Shown: piece after piece, positions 20,676 to 30,347 of the stretch | Layout: every line of letters starts with the position of its first letter | How positions within the stretch are numbered: position 1 is the stretch's first letter | Origin: an uncultured Acidobacteriota bacterium | Lineage (GTDB): Bacteria; Acidobacteriota; UBA6911; CAINFC01 | DNA: 64,000 nt | Reading direction: 5' to 3' | NCBI GenBank assembly: GCA_964617125.1 | Contig: CAZTVS010000002.1 | Coordinates: 5,369-69,368 of the forward strand | The notes under the pieces: generated by a model | Told to the model about the DNA's origin: nothing | The model's database searches: none | The model's input: the letters and a program-made list of their open reading frames with translations, nothing else | Program-made: the position numbers and the translations under genes

Positions 20676-23600
20676 CTATGGGGCCGAAAGTGCGGTGGAA
20701 GCGGTTTGACCGACCGCAGCCTGAGTGAGCAGCAAACGTTTGCCGCCTTCCGACATGTCATACAGATAGAGCAGAGTGGTTCCTTCGAAGACCCAATCGA
20801 ACGAGGCTTCAAATCTTTCCTCCGAGATGATCCCGGAAACCACTTTCTCCTCATTGTCCATCGGACCCTTGACCCACATCTGCAGGGGTTTTCGACCCGG
20901 ATTGCCCACCTGAAAATGTACCGAGCAGCGGCCGGTCTCCGGGAAAATGGTACAAACGGAGGGCGAGATGACGAAGGTCTCGTTGTCCGGCGGCAACAGG
21001 CCGGTCACCGTTGCCCGGGCCAATTCCCTGCGACTTTCGCCGACGACATCATACAAGATAAAAGTGTAAGTACCGACTCCAATCCATGGAATTTCCGCAG
21101 GGCTTTCCGGCACTTTTTCCGCATTCGTAATGCCGGTCAGGGACACCTCCTGTCCTCTCGGATCCTGAACCCAAATCTGTACCGGAAGCCGGGCCGGATT
21201 GAATGCCTGTACACGGACAGAACAGAGTCCGGCTATGGTTTTACACGTCGGGGGATCGACCGTGATAGCCGGAACCGGAGCCGGAATACCGGTAACGGTC
21301 ATTGTGGCCATGATTTCTCCGGAATCGACATCCACCATGGAAAACTTCGTCTTCCCCTCCCGTATCCACAGATAATCGGAATCGAGCTGTTTCTCCTCGG
21401 TAATACCGGTAATGGCGTTCTTCTCCTTGTCGGGGCCCTCGGCCCAGATCTGGACTCGCACCCCGTCGGGGTTCTGCATCTCCCAGCGAGTGGAGCAGAG
21501 CTGTGTATCCATGGCCACCTGACAGCTGATCGGACTCGCCTTGATCAACGGTCCGGCCAATCCGTGAGTCACCGTCGTGGCCAACAACTTCTTTTCCCCC
21601 ATCGTCATATCGTACAGGTAGAAGGTGGCAGGTTCGACCGTGATCCAATCGGCGGAGATCTGATAGCTGGAAAGACTCAGAGTTCCGGTGAATTGCTGTT
21701 CGGCACGGCCTCCGGTACTAACCCAGATCTGTGTCGGCAGCTGATTCGGATTTAAGACCTGCAAATCGGTGATGCAGGTCGACTTTTCCGCAGCGATCCG
21801 GCAGGGCGAAGGGGTGGCCTGGATGGAAGCTGTTTCGGAAACGCTCACCCAGATCGGATTGGTGTAACAGGCATGTTTGAATTTCCATGCGGCGGGATTC
21901 GAGGTGTCATAGAGGACCAGATACAGGCGATAGGCATAACTACCCGGTTTCAAGCTTTGCGACTCCTCCCATTCCAGAGTGCCTTCCAGATTTGCCCCGG
22001 AAAGAACCTTGTCTTCTTCCTTGCATTGACTCCCATCCGGATTGATACGGACCATATTCCATATACTGATTGTCTTGGAATCGGTGAACTCGGGAGTCGA
22101 TTTCCATTCCACCAGGAATTTCGGACGCTCTCCGGGCACAAGGATCGTATGGTCCCCGATAATAATATCTTTCCCGGGGTTGATGGTCTCCGGAGGATAC
22201 CGCCTGATCTGTTGATCGTTGTCCCGGTCCATGCCGAAAATCATGACCGGACCATCCGTCACGACCGAGCGCCCGTTGCGCAGTGCCTGCAGAAAACTGG
22301 GAGAATCTTTGCCCACAGGCGAATAAACGAGAGTTCGTACCTTACCCAAGGCATTATCGCTCCATGCCAGCTGTACGACACCCTGCTCGGAATAATTCAG
22401 ATCGCCATAGGCATCCGAGCCGGCGGAGATGAAGATTTTCCTGACCGGTTTCAGGTTTTTCCCGATCAGTTCCGACCATCTGTTTAAAGCCTGCTGGTGT
22501 TCGACCGGCCAATTGACATCGAAGAGCTCTCCGAAGTTGCCGTCCTTATCGAAGGGGTTGACATTTTGATTATCTTTGACGGATGTTGATGGAGTTTTGC
22601 GGGCATGTCTGCCGCTCCAAACCTGAAGACCGGAGAACTGACGGTGAGAAAGAGCGACTTGGTAGTTTTTCGTGCTCCAGGGAACGATGCTGCCGACGAT
22701 GGAGGAAAGTTCTTCCCTGGCAGGATACGCTGCATAAGCAAAGGCAAAGGGCTGAGAGGTCATCTCCTGCAGCCGATTCGAAAGACTGAAAAGAGGACGC
22801 AGACCTTCGTTCACTGTTCCCGGAATGAATTTTGTATGGTTGTAACTCAAGAGAGCGATCTTCTGGATCTGGTCGGATTGGGCGGATTTGCTCTGAGTGG
22901 AAATTTCCTCTCCGACGATAAAAGGCAAACCGTTGAGGCTGTTGTTCAATCCCTGAGACCTTCCCTGCAATTCCATCCAGGCGGAACCGGCGATCGATAC
23001 CTCCGGGTCGGACAGGTCCCAGGAGCCGAACCGGTATCCGGTGGCCAGAGCCCCGGTATAATTGCTCGCCAGATCGGTTATCATGATCCAGTCCAGTCCC
23101 ATCTTATCCAGGGCATTTTTCATCGAGACCAGGGTTCCGCCAAACCGGTAAGGATTGTTGGTGTACTCCGAATGAACTTGAGCGTCTCCATAATACCAGC
23201 CGCCCCCATTGGGACGAGGCAGGGGAGCATCGCCGACATGGACTCGCAGCTGTTTGCGGTAAGGATAGGTGTCACGAAAAGTACCGGTCGAGGATTCGAT
23301 CAGGCCCGACAACATCACCGTCGTGCGCAGGAACATATTCTGACCGGCGGAAAAAGAAAACTCCTTCGCCGTCATCCACAAAGTCTCTTCCCAAGTGTCG
23401 ATGGTGGTGTTGGCAATGCTTCGATTCAGGGGGAGACGGATCTCCTTTTGCTTGCACCCCAAGGCGACACTTCCCTCTACGTAGGGTTGTCGATAGACGC
23501 AAACCTCGACATAATCGAGTTGCTCATTCCTTACCCCCTCTTCGGTCAGATCCCGAACGAAAAAGCTGACCGGAATCCGGGTTTCCGTGTCTTCCACGCG

Positions 23601-23771
23601 CCATGGTGCATCGCTGTTGACGTCTGTCCCAGTTCGCTGTATAAACTCCGGGATCATACCGGCTTGCTTGTGCCCGACAACCTTGTCTCCCGCCGAGGCT
23701 TGCAAACAGAGGAAAAGAAGAACGGCGGCGAACGCCGTGAAGGCATAGATATCTATTTTTTTAATGGACAT
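20676..23771 (-). CDS. Large secreted protein: degenerate PHP/CehA-McbA-like metallohydrolase fold plus four C-terminal ~88-aa repeats
   Basis: Signal peptide after RBS GGAG (ATG 23771). PHP-like landmarks WYYGDAQVHS, LDWIMITD, GEEIS, GSDAY, GKVRTLVY, ALRNGRSVVTDGP. Four P-x-x-C...C...NP...QIW...W...YD repeats at 20709-21824. Confidence 0.7.
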   Translation of the reverse strand: MSIKKIDIYAFTAFAAVLLFLCLQASAGDKVVGHKQAGMIPEFIQRTGTDVNSDAPWRVEDTETRIPVSFFVRDLTEEGVRNEQLDYVEVCVYRQPYVEGSVALGCKQKEIRLPLNRSIANTTIDTWEETLWMTAKEFSFSAGQNMFLRTTVMLSGLIESSTGTFRDTYPYRKQLRVHVGDAPLPRPNGGGWYYGDAQVHSEYTNNPYRFGGTLVSMKNALDKMGLDWIMITDLASNYTGALATGYRFGSWDLSDPEVSIAGSAWMELQGRSQGLNNSLNGLPFIVGEEISTQSKSAQSDQIQKIALLSYNHTKFIPGTVNEGLRPLFSLSNRLQEMTSQPFAFAYAAYPAREELSSIVGSIVPWSTKNYQVALSHRQFSGLQVWSGRHARKTPSTSVKDNQNVNPFDKDGNFGELFDVNWPVEHQQALNRWSELIGKNLKPVRKIFISAGSDAYGDLNYSEQGVVQLAWSDNALGKVRTLVYSPVGKDSPSFLQALRNGRSVVTDGPVMIFGMDRDNDQQIRRYPPETINPGKDIIIGDHTILVPGERPKFLVEWKSTPEFTDSKTISIWNMVRINPDGSQCKEEDKVLSGANLEGTLEWEESQSLKPGSYAYRLYLVLYDTSNPAAWKFKHACYTNPIWVSVSETASIQATPSPCRIAAEKSTCITDLQVLNPNQLPTQIWVSTGGRAEQQFTGTLSLSSYQISADWITVEPATFYLYDMTMGEKKLLATTVTHGLAGPLIKASPISCQVAMDTQLCSTRWEMQNPDGVRVQIWAEGPDKEKNAITGITEEKQLDSDYLWIREGKTKFSMVDVDSGEIMATMTVTGIPAPVPAITVDPPTCKTIAGLCSVRVQAFNPARLPVQIWVQDPRGQEVSLTGITNAEKVPESPAEIPWIGVGTYTFILYDVVGESRRELARATVTGLLPPDNETFVISPSVCTIFPETGRCSVHFQVGNPGRKPLQMWVKGPMDNEEKVVSGIISEERFEASFDWVFEGTTLLYLYDMSEGGKRLLLTQAAVGQTASTALSAP

Positions 23772-24054
23772 GTTGTCTCCTGACCGCATGGCTGTGACCG
23801 CCAAAGGGTTTGAAAACCGTTGATCTGCAGTAAAACCATATCACTTCACGGAAGGGAAGCCGAACCTTGAATCCGCGAGATTCCATTGCATACGATAACA
23901 GTAATACATTTCTTCATTTATATCACTCTATCTATGCCAATGTAAAGAAGAATATCGATACTTACAATACCAATGAATGAAATGGAAATATCAACCCTTT
24001 CTCAATGGAATCATGATTTTCCATTGGACACTTCTCTAAGCGCCGGACCGTGGT

Positions 24055-25683
24055 CTAACGGAAGGTGTCGGAGAGAGCCAAACGGTCGAAAACAATATAC
24101 TGAACCTCCAAAAGGGCGGAAGGTTTGCCGCCATGTATCTGCAATTGCCAGCGGGAAATATCCTTTTCTTTCTGATATTTTTTCAGATCGGCGAGGGGAA
24201 TCAGCAGGATGTTCCAATCTTTTCCGGGGGAAAGTGTATATTGGTCGCTGATTTGCTGTTTGGAGAAATCGGACTGATCGGAGTAATGCCAGCCGACAGT
24301 CAGGGACAACTGCCGGTCCGTGCGATATCGAAGTACCAGATTTTTATAAAATCGAACAGGAGCGGTAAAAAGGGGGCTGTTCAAGATGACTGTATCTTCC
24401 ACTTCCAGACGGGTCCGATAGTTGCGGCCCTCCAGGGCTTTGGCTTCAAACACGGGCGCCATCTTCTTGTTCAGAAACTGCCAGCGGGACATTTCAGGCT
24501 GGGAAGACCATTCCAGAAATTCCATCTTTTTCAGGAACATGTCCTGGGCGGTGGTTCCCGCGTTCGCTATCTTTCCGCCAGAAAGCAAAACCTGCCCGAT
24601 ACCGAGCGCTGTCTCCAGGGTGGACTGACCTACCGACCTGCTGTCGGATCCACCTTGCAGGCAGTCTTTGGAATCCGGAAGACTCTGGGTTTCGGTAAAA
24701 AACGGATTATAGCTGTAACTGGTGCTGTATTGCGGGATCTCTACATGAACACCCAAGGCATATACCGGATTGATAAACCATTCCCCCGGGCGAACATCGC
24801 CGTCATCCCGCTGGTCCCATCCCCAGGGCGGCTTGGCGGCACAACCTCCGATCGGTCCGTTAAAGGCAGAGCCCAGGCGAACGACCTGACGTCCGGAAAT
24901 CTCATAAGACGAACTGCAGCAATAGGTTTTTTCAGAACCGATCTGCAGACGACGTGACCATAAATGTTCTTCGATCGGTAGAAGATCGTAGGACACATCC
25001 GTATCTCCGATCTCCATAGGTTCTTCCGCCTTGCGTCCGGTAAAACGATAGATAAACCCCGGGAATTTTTCCGCGGTTCCGGAGTACTTTCCCTTCAGAT
25101 TGAAGACGCCATGCCCTTCCGATTCGATGAACACCACAGGATGCCAGCCGTTGTTGCTCCCGCCATCCTCCCATTCCATTGGGCCGTCTATTTTTCCCTG
25201 TTTCGCCACAACACCCGACCCGGGACCGGAAACATATTTGTAAAACCGGTCATGCGCCAGGGTTTCCATATAAACCGGCCGGGGATTCTCTCCGGCATCT
25301 TTGGGAACGACCAGGACCATACCCTCCATGTCGTTCTCGTGTTCGATTTTAGGGGCATAGGCTTCCAGAATCCGAGTCGTGAAATCACGAATATGGAAAA
25401 AAGCGTAGTAGATGAAAAAGTGGCGATCCGCTTCGACCACGGCATAATAGACATACCCCGGGGACGGATAGAGATAAGCATTAGCCCAATTGTCGGCGCC
25501 GTTCCAGTTTCCATCGAAATCGAACCGGGTCACCTGGTCCAATTTGACGGAATGGGCCTCCTGATAGAGTACGGGTGCATACTGCTCGGCAATTTTCCGA
25601 TCATCGCGGTCTCCGCCAAACACAATGCTTAGAGGTAGAGCCAACAGAAAGATACATCGTCGAAAAAAAGGGTGTCGGATCAT
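24055..25683 (-). CDS. Secreted hypothetical protein with NPP1/Vps62-like N-terminal domain and C-terminal beta-sandwich (CBM-like)
   Basis: RBS AAGGAGGT before ATG 25683 and a signal peptide. YAPVLYQ...VYYAVVE...IYYAFFHIRD...EHENDMEGMVLVV...PVVFIESEGHG resembles the NLP/Vps62 core. Confidence 0.55.
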   Translation of the reverse strand: MIRHPFFRRCIFLLALPLSIVFGGDRDDRKIAEQYAPVLYQEAHSVKLDQVTRFDFDGNWNGADNWANAYLYPSPGYVYYAVVEADRHFFIYYAFFHIRDFTTRILEAYAPKIEHENDMEGMVLVVPKDAGENPRPVYMETLAHDRFYKYVSGPGSGVVAKQGKIDGPMEWEDGGSNNGWHPVVFIESEGHGVFNLKGKYSGTAEKFPGFIYRFTGRKAEEPMEIGDTDVSYDLLPIEEHLWSRRLQIGSEKTYCCSSSYEISGRQVVRLGSAFNGPIGGCAAKPPWGWDQRDDGDVRPGEWFINPVYALGVHVEIPQYSTSYSYNPFFTETQSLPDSKDCLQGGSDSRSVGQSTLETALGIGQVLLSGGKIANAGTTAQDMFLKKMEFLEWSSQPEMSRWQFLNKKMAPVFEAKALEGRNYRTRLEVEDTVILNSPLFTAPVRFYKNLVLRYRTDRQLSLTVGWHYSDQSDFSKQQISDQYTLSPGKDWNILLIPLADLKKYQKEKDISRWQLQIHGGKPSALLEVQYIVFDRLALSDTFR

Positions 25684-25823
25684 CCTGCAGACCTCCTTTT
25701 CAGACCTCCCGGCAGCACATAAAAAAACTATTAGGGAAGCAAACAACCGTCATGGAAAGGACCAGGGTTGTATCTCTTCCCCGGTCCCTTCCACAGTCAT
25801 GCCATAAGGATTAGATGTCGCAA

Positions 25824-28445
25824 TCAGCGTTTCGGTCGAAACTTGGCCTGCAGCAGGGCGATACGATCTTCCATGCTCATATCAGCAGGGAAAGAGGGTG
25901 TTGGGGAGGACGAAGATTCCGTAGACATGACCAGGTTGGGTCGTCTCTCCACGTCACGGTGTCGCTGCGGGGATTGCTGGGACCGAGCATGGTTTCTGCG
26001 TCCTTCGGATCGATGGGAGTTCACCGGAGAACCCGGGTGAGAATGCGGACGTCCGGCTTGTCTTCCATGATTCCGATCCCGGTCACCCTCGACAGCGAAC
26101 GGGCGTTCGGAACGCTCTCCCTCAGGTCTGGGGCCTTTATGAGGATGATTCCGAGGATTGAGATTCCGTCTTTGCACAACCTCTCCGCTTTCCGGCTTGG
26201 CCTGCTGGGGCTTGGGAGGCCGGTTCGGCCGCTGCGGCTTCTTCTCCGGTTTGGGCAGTTCAGGCATCAATGCCCGGATGGACAGAGAGATTCTTTTCAG
26301 AGTCTTGTCCACTCCAACCACCTTTACCTTGACCACATCTCCTACCTTGATGATTTGGCAGGGATCTTTAATGAACCGGTTGGAAAGCTGACTGATATGA
26401 ACCAGACCGTCATGATGAACTCCGATATCGACGAAGGCACCGAAATTGGCCACGTTGCTGACGGTACCCTCCAGAACCATGCCCTCCTGGAGATCGTCGA
26501 CCGTACGCACATCCTCCCGGAAATGGGCCGCTACGAATTGTTCCCGCGGATCGCGTCCCGGCTTAAGAAGCTCTTCCCGTATATCTTCCAAGGTATAGGA
26601 ACCGAGGTCCTCGCTTTCGAATTCCTTGAGATCGAGTTTGTTCAGCAGTTCGTTGTTTCCGACCAGATCATTCAGGTTGACACCGAAATGTGTCGCCATC
26701 TTTTCCACAACCGGATATCTTTCCGGATGTACAGCCGTACGGTCCAGAGGGTTCTCCCCATCGGGTATCCGCAGGAAACCGGCCGCCTGTTCGAAGGTTT
26801 TCGGACCCAATCCGTTGATTTCACGCAAGGTTTCACGAAAACGAAAAGGTCCGTTCTTGTCCCGGAAATCGATAATATTTTTAGCCTGACGCGAATTGAG
26901 ACCGGCCACATACCGCAGAAGAGAACGGGAACAGGTGTTGATGTTCACACCTACATGGTTCACGCAGGATACAACGGTCTGGGCCAGACTATCGCGCAGA
27001 TGTTTCTGATCCACATCGTGCTGGTATTGCCCCACTCCGATCGATTTGGGTTCTACCTTAACCAATTCCGCCAGAGGATCCTGCAACCGTCGGGCAATGG
27101 AAATCGAGCTGCGGATGGTCGGATCCAGGTCCGGAAATTCATCCCGAGCGGTTTGGGAAGTGGAATAAACCGACGCCCCTGCCTCGTTTACGCTGACGGC
27201 GACCACCTTGTCCAGCTGACCGTCACTGAGAACTTTATGAACAAAGGTTTCCGTTTCCCTCGATCCGGTTCCGTTGCCGAAAGCTATCGCCTGAATATTG
27301 AAGCGTTGAATCAGCGCCAGCAGGACCGCCGTGGCACCTTCCACATCGTTCTTCGGCTCATGGGGATAGATTACCGCGCTTTCCAGAAATTTCCCGGTTT
27401 CATCGACCACGCTCAGCTTGCAGCCGGTACGCATCCCTGGGTCTACTCCGATCACGATCATCTTCCCCGCCGGCGGCTGCAACAACAGGTTGGACAGGTT
27501 CTGCTGGAAAACACGGATGGCCTCCACGTCCGCCCGATCCTTGAGTTGTTCGAATACCTCGTTATGTATGGAAGGCGCCAATAACCGGTGATAGCTGTCT
27601 CGGATTGCACGCTCCAGATAAGGGGCGAAGGGCGAGGTACGGTCCTTGAGAAAACGCTCGGTCAGGTCGGCAATGGGCTTCTCCTCCGCCATTTCAATGC
27701 CATAACTGAGAACGCCTTCCTTGGCCCCCCGCATCACCGCCAACAAACGATGCGAAGGAATTTTAGCCACCGTATCACGAAATTTATAGTACATATCATA
27801 CTTCGTGGCCGGAGGATTTTCCGCCTGCACCGGATGCGAGACTACCATTCCCTCTTCATGGATCCGATCACGATAGGTTTTTCGGACAGCGGCATCTTCC
27901 GCTATCCATTCGGCGATGATGTGCAGGGCGCCCTCGATGGCTTCCTCTACATCGGCTACGCCTTTGATCATCTCTTCCGGCTGTTCCGGTTTGATGAACG
28001 TAGCGGCATACTCCTCGATACTTGCCTCACCCGATTCCTGCTTCCACAAGAATTGCGCCAGCGGCTCCAACCCCTTCTCCATGGCGACCGATGCCTTTGT
28101 CTGCCGTTTCGGTTTATAGGGAAGATAGCGGTCTTCCAATTCGCTTTTCGACCAGCAATTCCGGATTTCGTCGCGCAGCTCCTCGGTCAGCTTACCCTGT
28201 TCTTCGATGGACCGCAGGATGACCTCCTTGCGCTCCTCCAAGCCCTGATAATACTGCAGGCGTTCCTGCAATCCGATGATCTTGAGTTCATCCATGTTCC
28301 CGGTCATTTCCTTACGGTAGCGTGCGATGAAAGGGACCGTAGCTCCTTCGAGGAAAAGAGACAAGGTGTTCAGAACGAATTTCTCCTGCGCTCCGGTGTC
28401 GGCGCAAATCCTTTGAACGATGGCGGGGTTAGAACTGATATCCAA
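25824..28445 (-). CDS. tex: Tex family RNA-binding transcriptional accessory protein
   Basis: TVPFIARYRKE, YLPYKPKR, YqgF-like IGVDPGMRTGCK, VNEAGASVYS, ARRLQDPLAELVK, and S1 domain FGAFVDIGVHHDGLVHIS. TTG start with RBS. Confidence 0.97.
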   Translation of the reverse strand: MDISSNPAIVQRICADTGAQEKFVLNTLSLFLEGATVPFIARYRKEMTGNMDELKIIGLQERLQYYQGLEERKEVILRSIEEQGKLTEELRDEIRNCWSKSELEDRYLPYKPKRQTKASVAMEKGLEPLAQFLWKQESGEASIEEYAATFIKPEQPEEMIKGVADVEEAIEGALHIIAEWIAEDAAVRKTYRDRIHEEGMVVSHPVQAENPPATKYDMYYKFRDTVAKIPSHRLLAVMRGAKEGVLSYGIEMAEEKPIADLTERFLKDRTSPFAPYLERAIRDSYHRLLAPSIHNEVFEQLKDRADVEAIRVFQQNLSNLLLQPPAGKMIVIGVDPGMRTGCKLSVVDETGKFLESAVIYPHEPKNDVEGATAVLLALIQRFNIQAIAFGNGTGSRETETFVHKVLSDGQLDKVVAVSVNEAGASVYSTSQTARDEFPDLDPTIRSSISIARRLQDPLAELVKVEPKSIGVGQYQHDVDQKHLRDSLAQTVVSCVNHVGVNINTCSRSLLRYVAGLNSRQAKNIIDFRDKNGPFRFRETLREINGLGPKTFEQAAGFLRIPDGENPLDRTAVHPERYPVVEKMATHFGVNLNDLVGNNELLNKLDLKEFESEDLGSYTLEDIREELLKPGRDPREQFVAAHFREDVRTVDDLQEGMVLEGTVSNVANFGAFVDIGVHHDGLVHISQLSNRFIKDPCQIIKVGDVVKVKVVGVDKTLKRISLSIRALMPELPKPEKKPQRPNRPPKPQQAKPESGEVVQRRNLNPRNHPHKGPRPEGERSERPFAVEGDRDRNHGRQAGRPHSHPGSPVNSHRSEGRRNHARSQQSPQRHRDVERRPNLVMSTESSSSPTPSFPADMSMEDRIALLQAKFRPKR

Positions 28446-28597
28446 GCTTGGACACTCCTTGATAGAATTGTTGTAACTTACACATATCGACCGGTCGATT
28501 ACGTCGCCACAACCGGCCGGCAGACAGATTAGGGAATATCGGGCCTACCATTTCGATAAAGCGGGCGGTTGATTGTTTCTCATCTTCCGAGAGGGTC

Positions 28598-29533
28598 TCA
28601 ACGTGAGGGTACAGGCCTGATACGCTGATCCAACTGGGACAGAAAATTTTTTTTAAAACCCTCCGGAAGGGGCGAAATCCCGGTGGCGGTATCCGGAGAA
28701 GGGATCACCCTCATCTCTTGTGGATTCCATTGGAAGTCCCTCCCCAAAGGATCTTTCGGTGTTTCCTTCAACCAACCTCTCCGTATTAAGTCAAGCCAAG
28801 ATTCGGGAAAACGACCCTCCTGTCGGTGGAAAAGATCTACCATCCATTCCAGGGTCCATAGATCCCGATGAAACCGTAAATTCGTCAAATTACGTAAAGC
28901 GTTTTGTCGCATCTTCTCATTGGGGGCATCGTCCACTTGACGCCGCAAGAGAGTTTCCGCCGTTTCCATATCCCCTTGCTTGCCCAATGTATTTCGAGCC
29001 AGGGCTTCGATTTCCGGTGGGGCTTTCGGATGCCGGCTGGCACGAAAAAACCATTCCGCCGCTTGATTGTAATCTTTCTGTTGCCAAAAATAAATGAACC
29101 CCTTATCAAAAAGCAGGTTCCAGGCATCGGGATTTTGCGCTATTCCCTCGTCGATCAATTTGAGTGCGGCTGGAATATCTCCTGCACCCACCGGTCTGGG
29201 CTCGGATAAAAAAATGGCCCCAAACCGGTACACCAGGATCATCTGAGGATCCAGCACGGTCACTATTTTCAGTAGAGGCTGCAAAAGGTCGTATCTTACG
29301 TCCTTTTGCAGGCGGTCTTTTCCTCCGTAATACTGAATCGTCCGCAGCCAGTAGAAATCCGCTACCAGGCTGGAATAGGGCATACACAACCGCCGGATAA
29401 CGGCCGGGTCGGAAACATACAACGCCTCTTCATCCGGCTTCCGCCCGGCGGATACAGTATCGATCCGCAGCTGACATTGCCATACTCCCCAGGCAGCCAG
29501 AACGATCAGAAAACAGACCCAAACACGTTTCAT
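28598..29533 (-). CDS. Membrane-anchored TPR-like protein (PilG/XapA-like partner of the pilus-associated ABC system)
   Basis: N-terminal TM helix, ADFYWLRTIQYYG, LDP.....YRFGA, A..LID.G...NP..W, and C-terminal P.DPLG. Overlaps the permease stop codon. Confidence 0.6.
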   Translation of the reverse strand: MKRVWVCFLIVLAAWGVWQCQLRIDTVSAGRKPDEEALYVSDPAVIRRLCMPYSSLVADFYWLRTIQYYGGKDRLQKDVRYDLLQPLLKIVTVLDPQMILVYRFGAIFLSEPRPVGAGDIPAALKLIDEGIAQNPDAWNLLFDKGFIYFWQQKDYNQAAEWFFRASRHPKAPPEIEALARNTLGKQGDMETAETLLRRQVDDAPNEKMRQNALRNLTNLRFHRDLWTLEWMVDLFHRQEGRFPESWLDLIRRGWLKETPKDPLGRDFQWNPQEMRVIPSPDTATGISPLPEGFKKNFLSQLDQRIRPVPSR

Positions 29534-30321
29534 TTAAAATCACGTCGTTCAAAAATTCCCGCGGCCACGACAACCAGGATCACGGCGTAGAGAAATCCAT
29601 AGCTGGCGGCGGCCAAAACCGCCATGGCGTCCGGAGACTCCATATAACCGGCCTGCTGGATCACCAGACGGCCGGCGGCAATTTTGAAATTGCTGAAATT
29701 GGGCAGGAGATAATATAGCACACGGCAGGTATATTCCATAGCAGGTGACTGGGAAATGCGTGCCAGATCCACCAGATCGCTGTTGAAATGTCCAGCCAGC
29801 CATATACAAAGGGTAAAGACGGCGGAGAGGACCGGAGTGGTAAAGCTGGAGAAGAAGAGTGCGATGGCGGTGACCAGCACCAGTTCCATGAAGATCAGAA
29901 CGATTGCAGGAAGGATATTCAGATACCCCCAATACCAGCCGGAACTGAGATAGACCAGAGCAGCAAAGATTCCCAGAGCCATGAAAGCGACATTGACGCC
30001 CAGGGTCATCAGCAAACCTAAAAATTTCCCCAGAAGAAATTGCCGGCGGGTAACCGGCTTGGAGACAATGTTATAGATCGTCCGCCGATCGATCTCCTTG
30101 TACACCAGGCCGATACCGATGAAGACGGCGATGAGGACGCCCACCAGGGAAATACTCGTCAGACCGAGGTCGACGATGATCTTCATCTCGTAACCGATGG
30201 ATATCTGACCCAGAAGCAGAGAGCAAATGATGAGCAATAACGCGAAAAGGACCAGATTGTACAGAACCTTGTCCCTGACGTTTTCTCGAAATGTATTGCC
30301 GGCTATAAGAAAGATGGTCAT
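29530..30321 (-). CDS. ABC transporter permease (PilI/XapC-like)
   Basis: NTFRENVRDKVLYN, EIDRRTIYNIVSKPVTRRQFLLGKFLG, and YYLLPNFSNF; six or more TM helices. Confidence 0.85.
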   Translation of the reverse strand: MTIFLIAGNTFRENVRDKVLYNLVLFALLLIICSLLLGQISIGYEMKIIVDLGLTSISLVGVLIAVFIGIGLVYKEIDRRTIYNIVSKPVTRRQFLLGKFLGLLMTLGVNVAFMALGIFAALVYLSSGWYWGYLNILPAIVLIFMELVLVTAIALFFSSFTTPVLSAVFTLCIWLAGHFNSDLVDLARISQSPAMEYTCRVLYYLLPNFSNFKIAAGRLVIQQAGYMESPDAMAVLAAASYGFLYAVILVVVAAGIFERRDFK

Positions 30322-30347
30322 GCAGTTACTTGGGACTCAAGGGAAAA

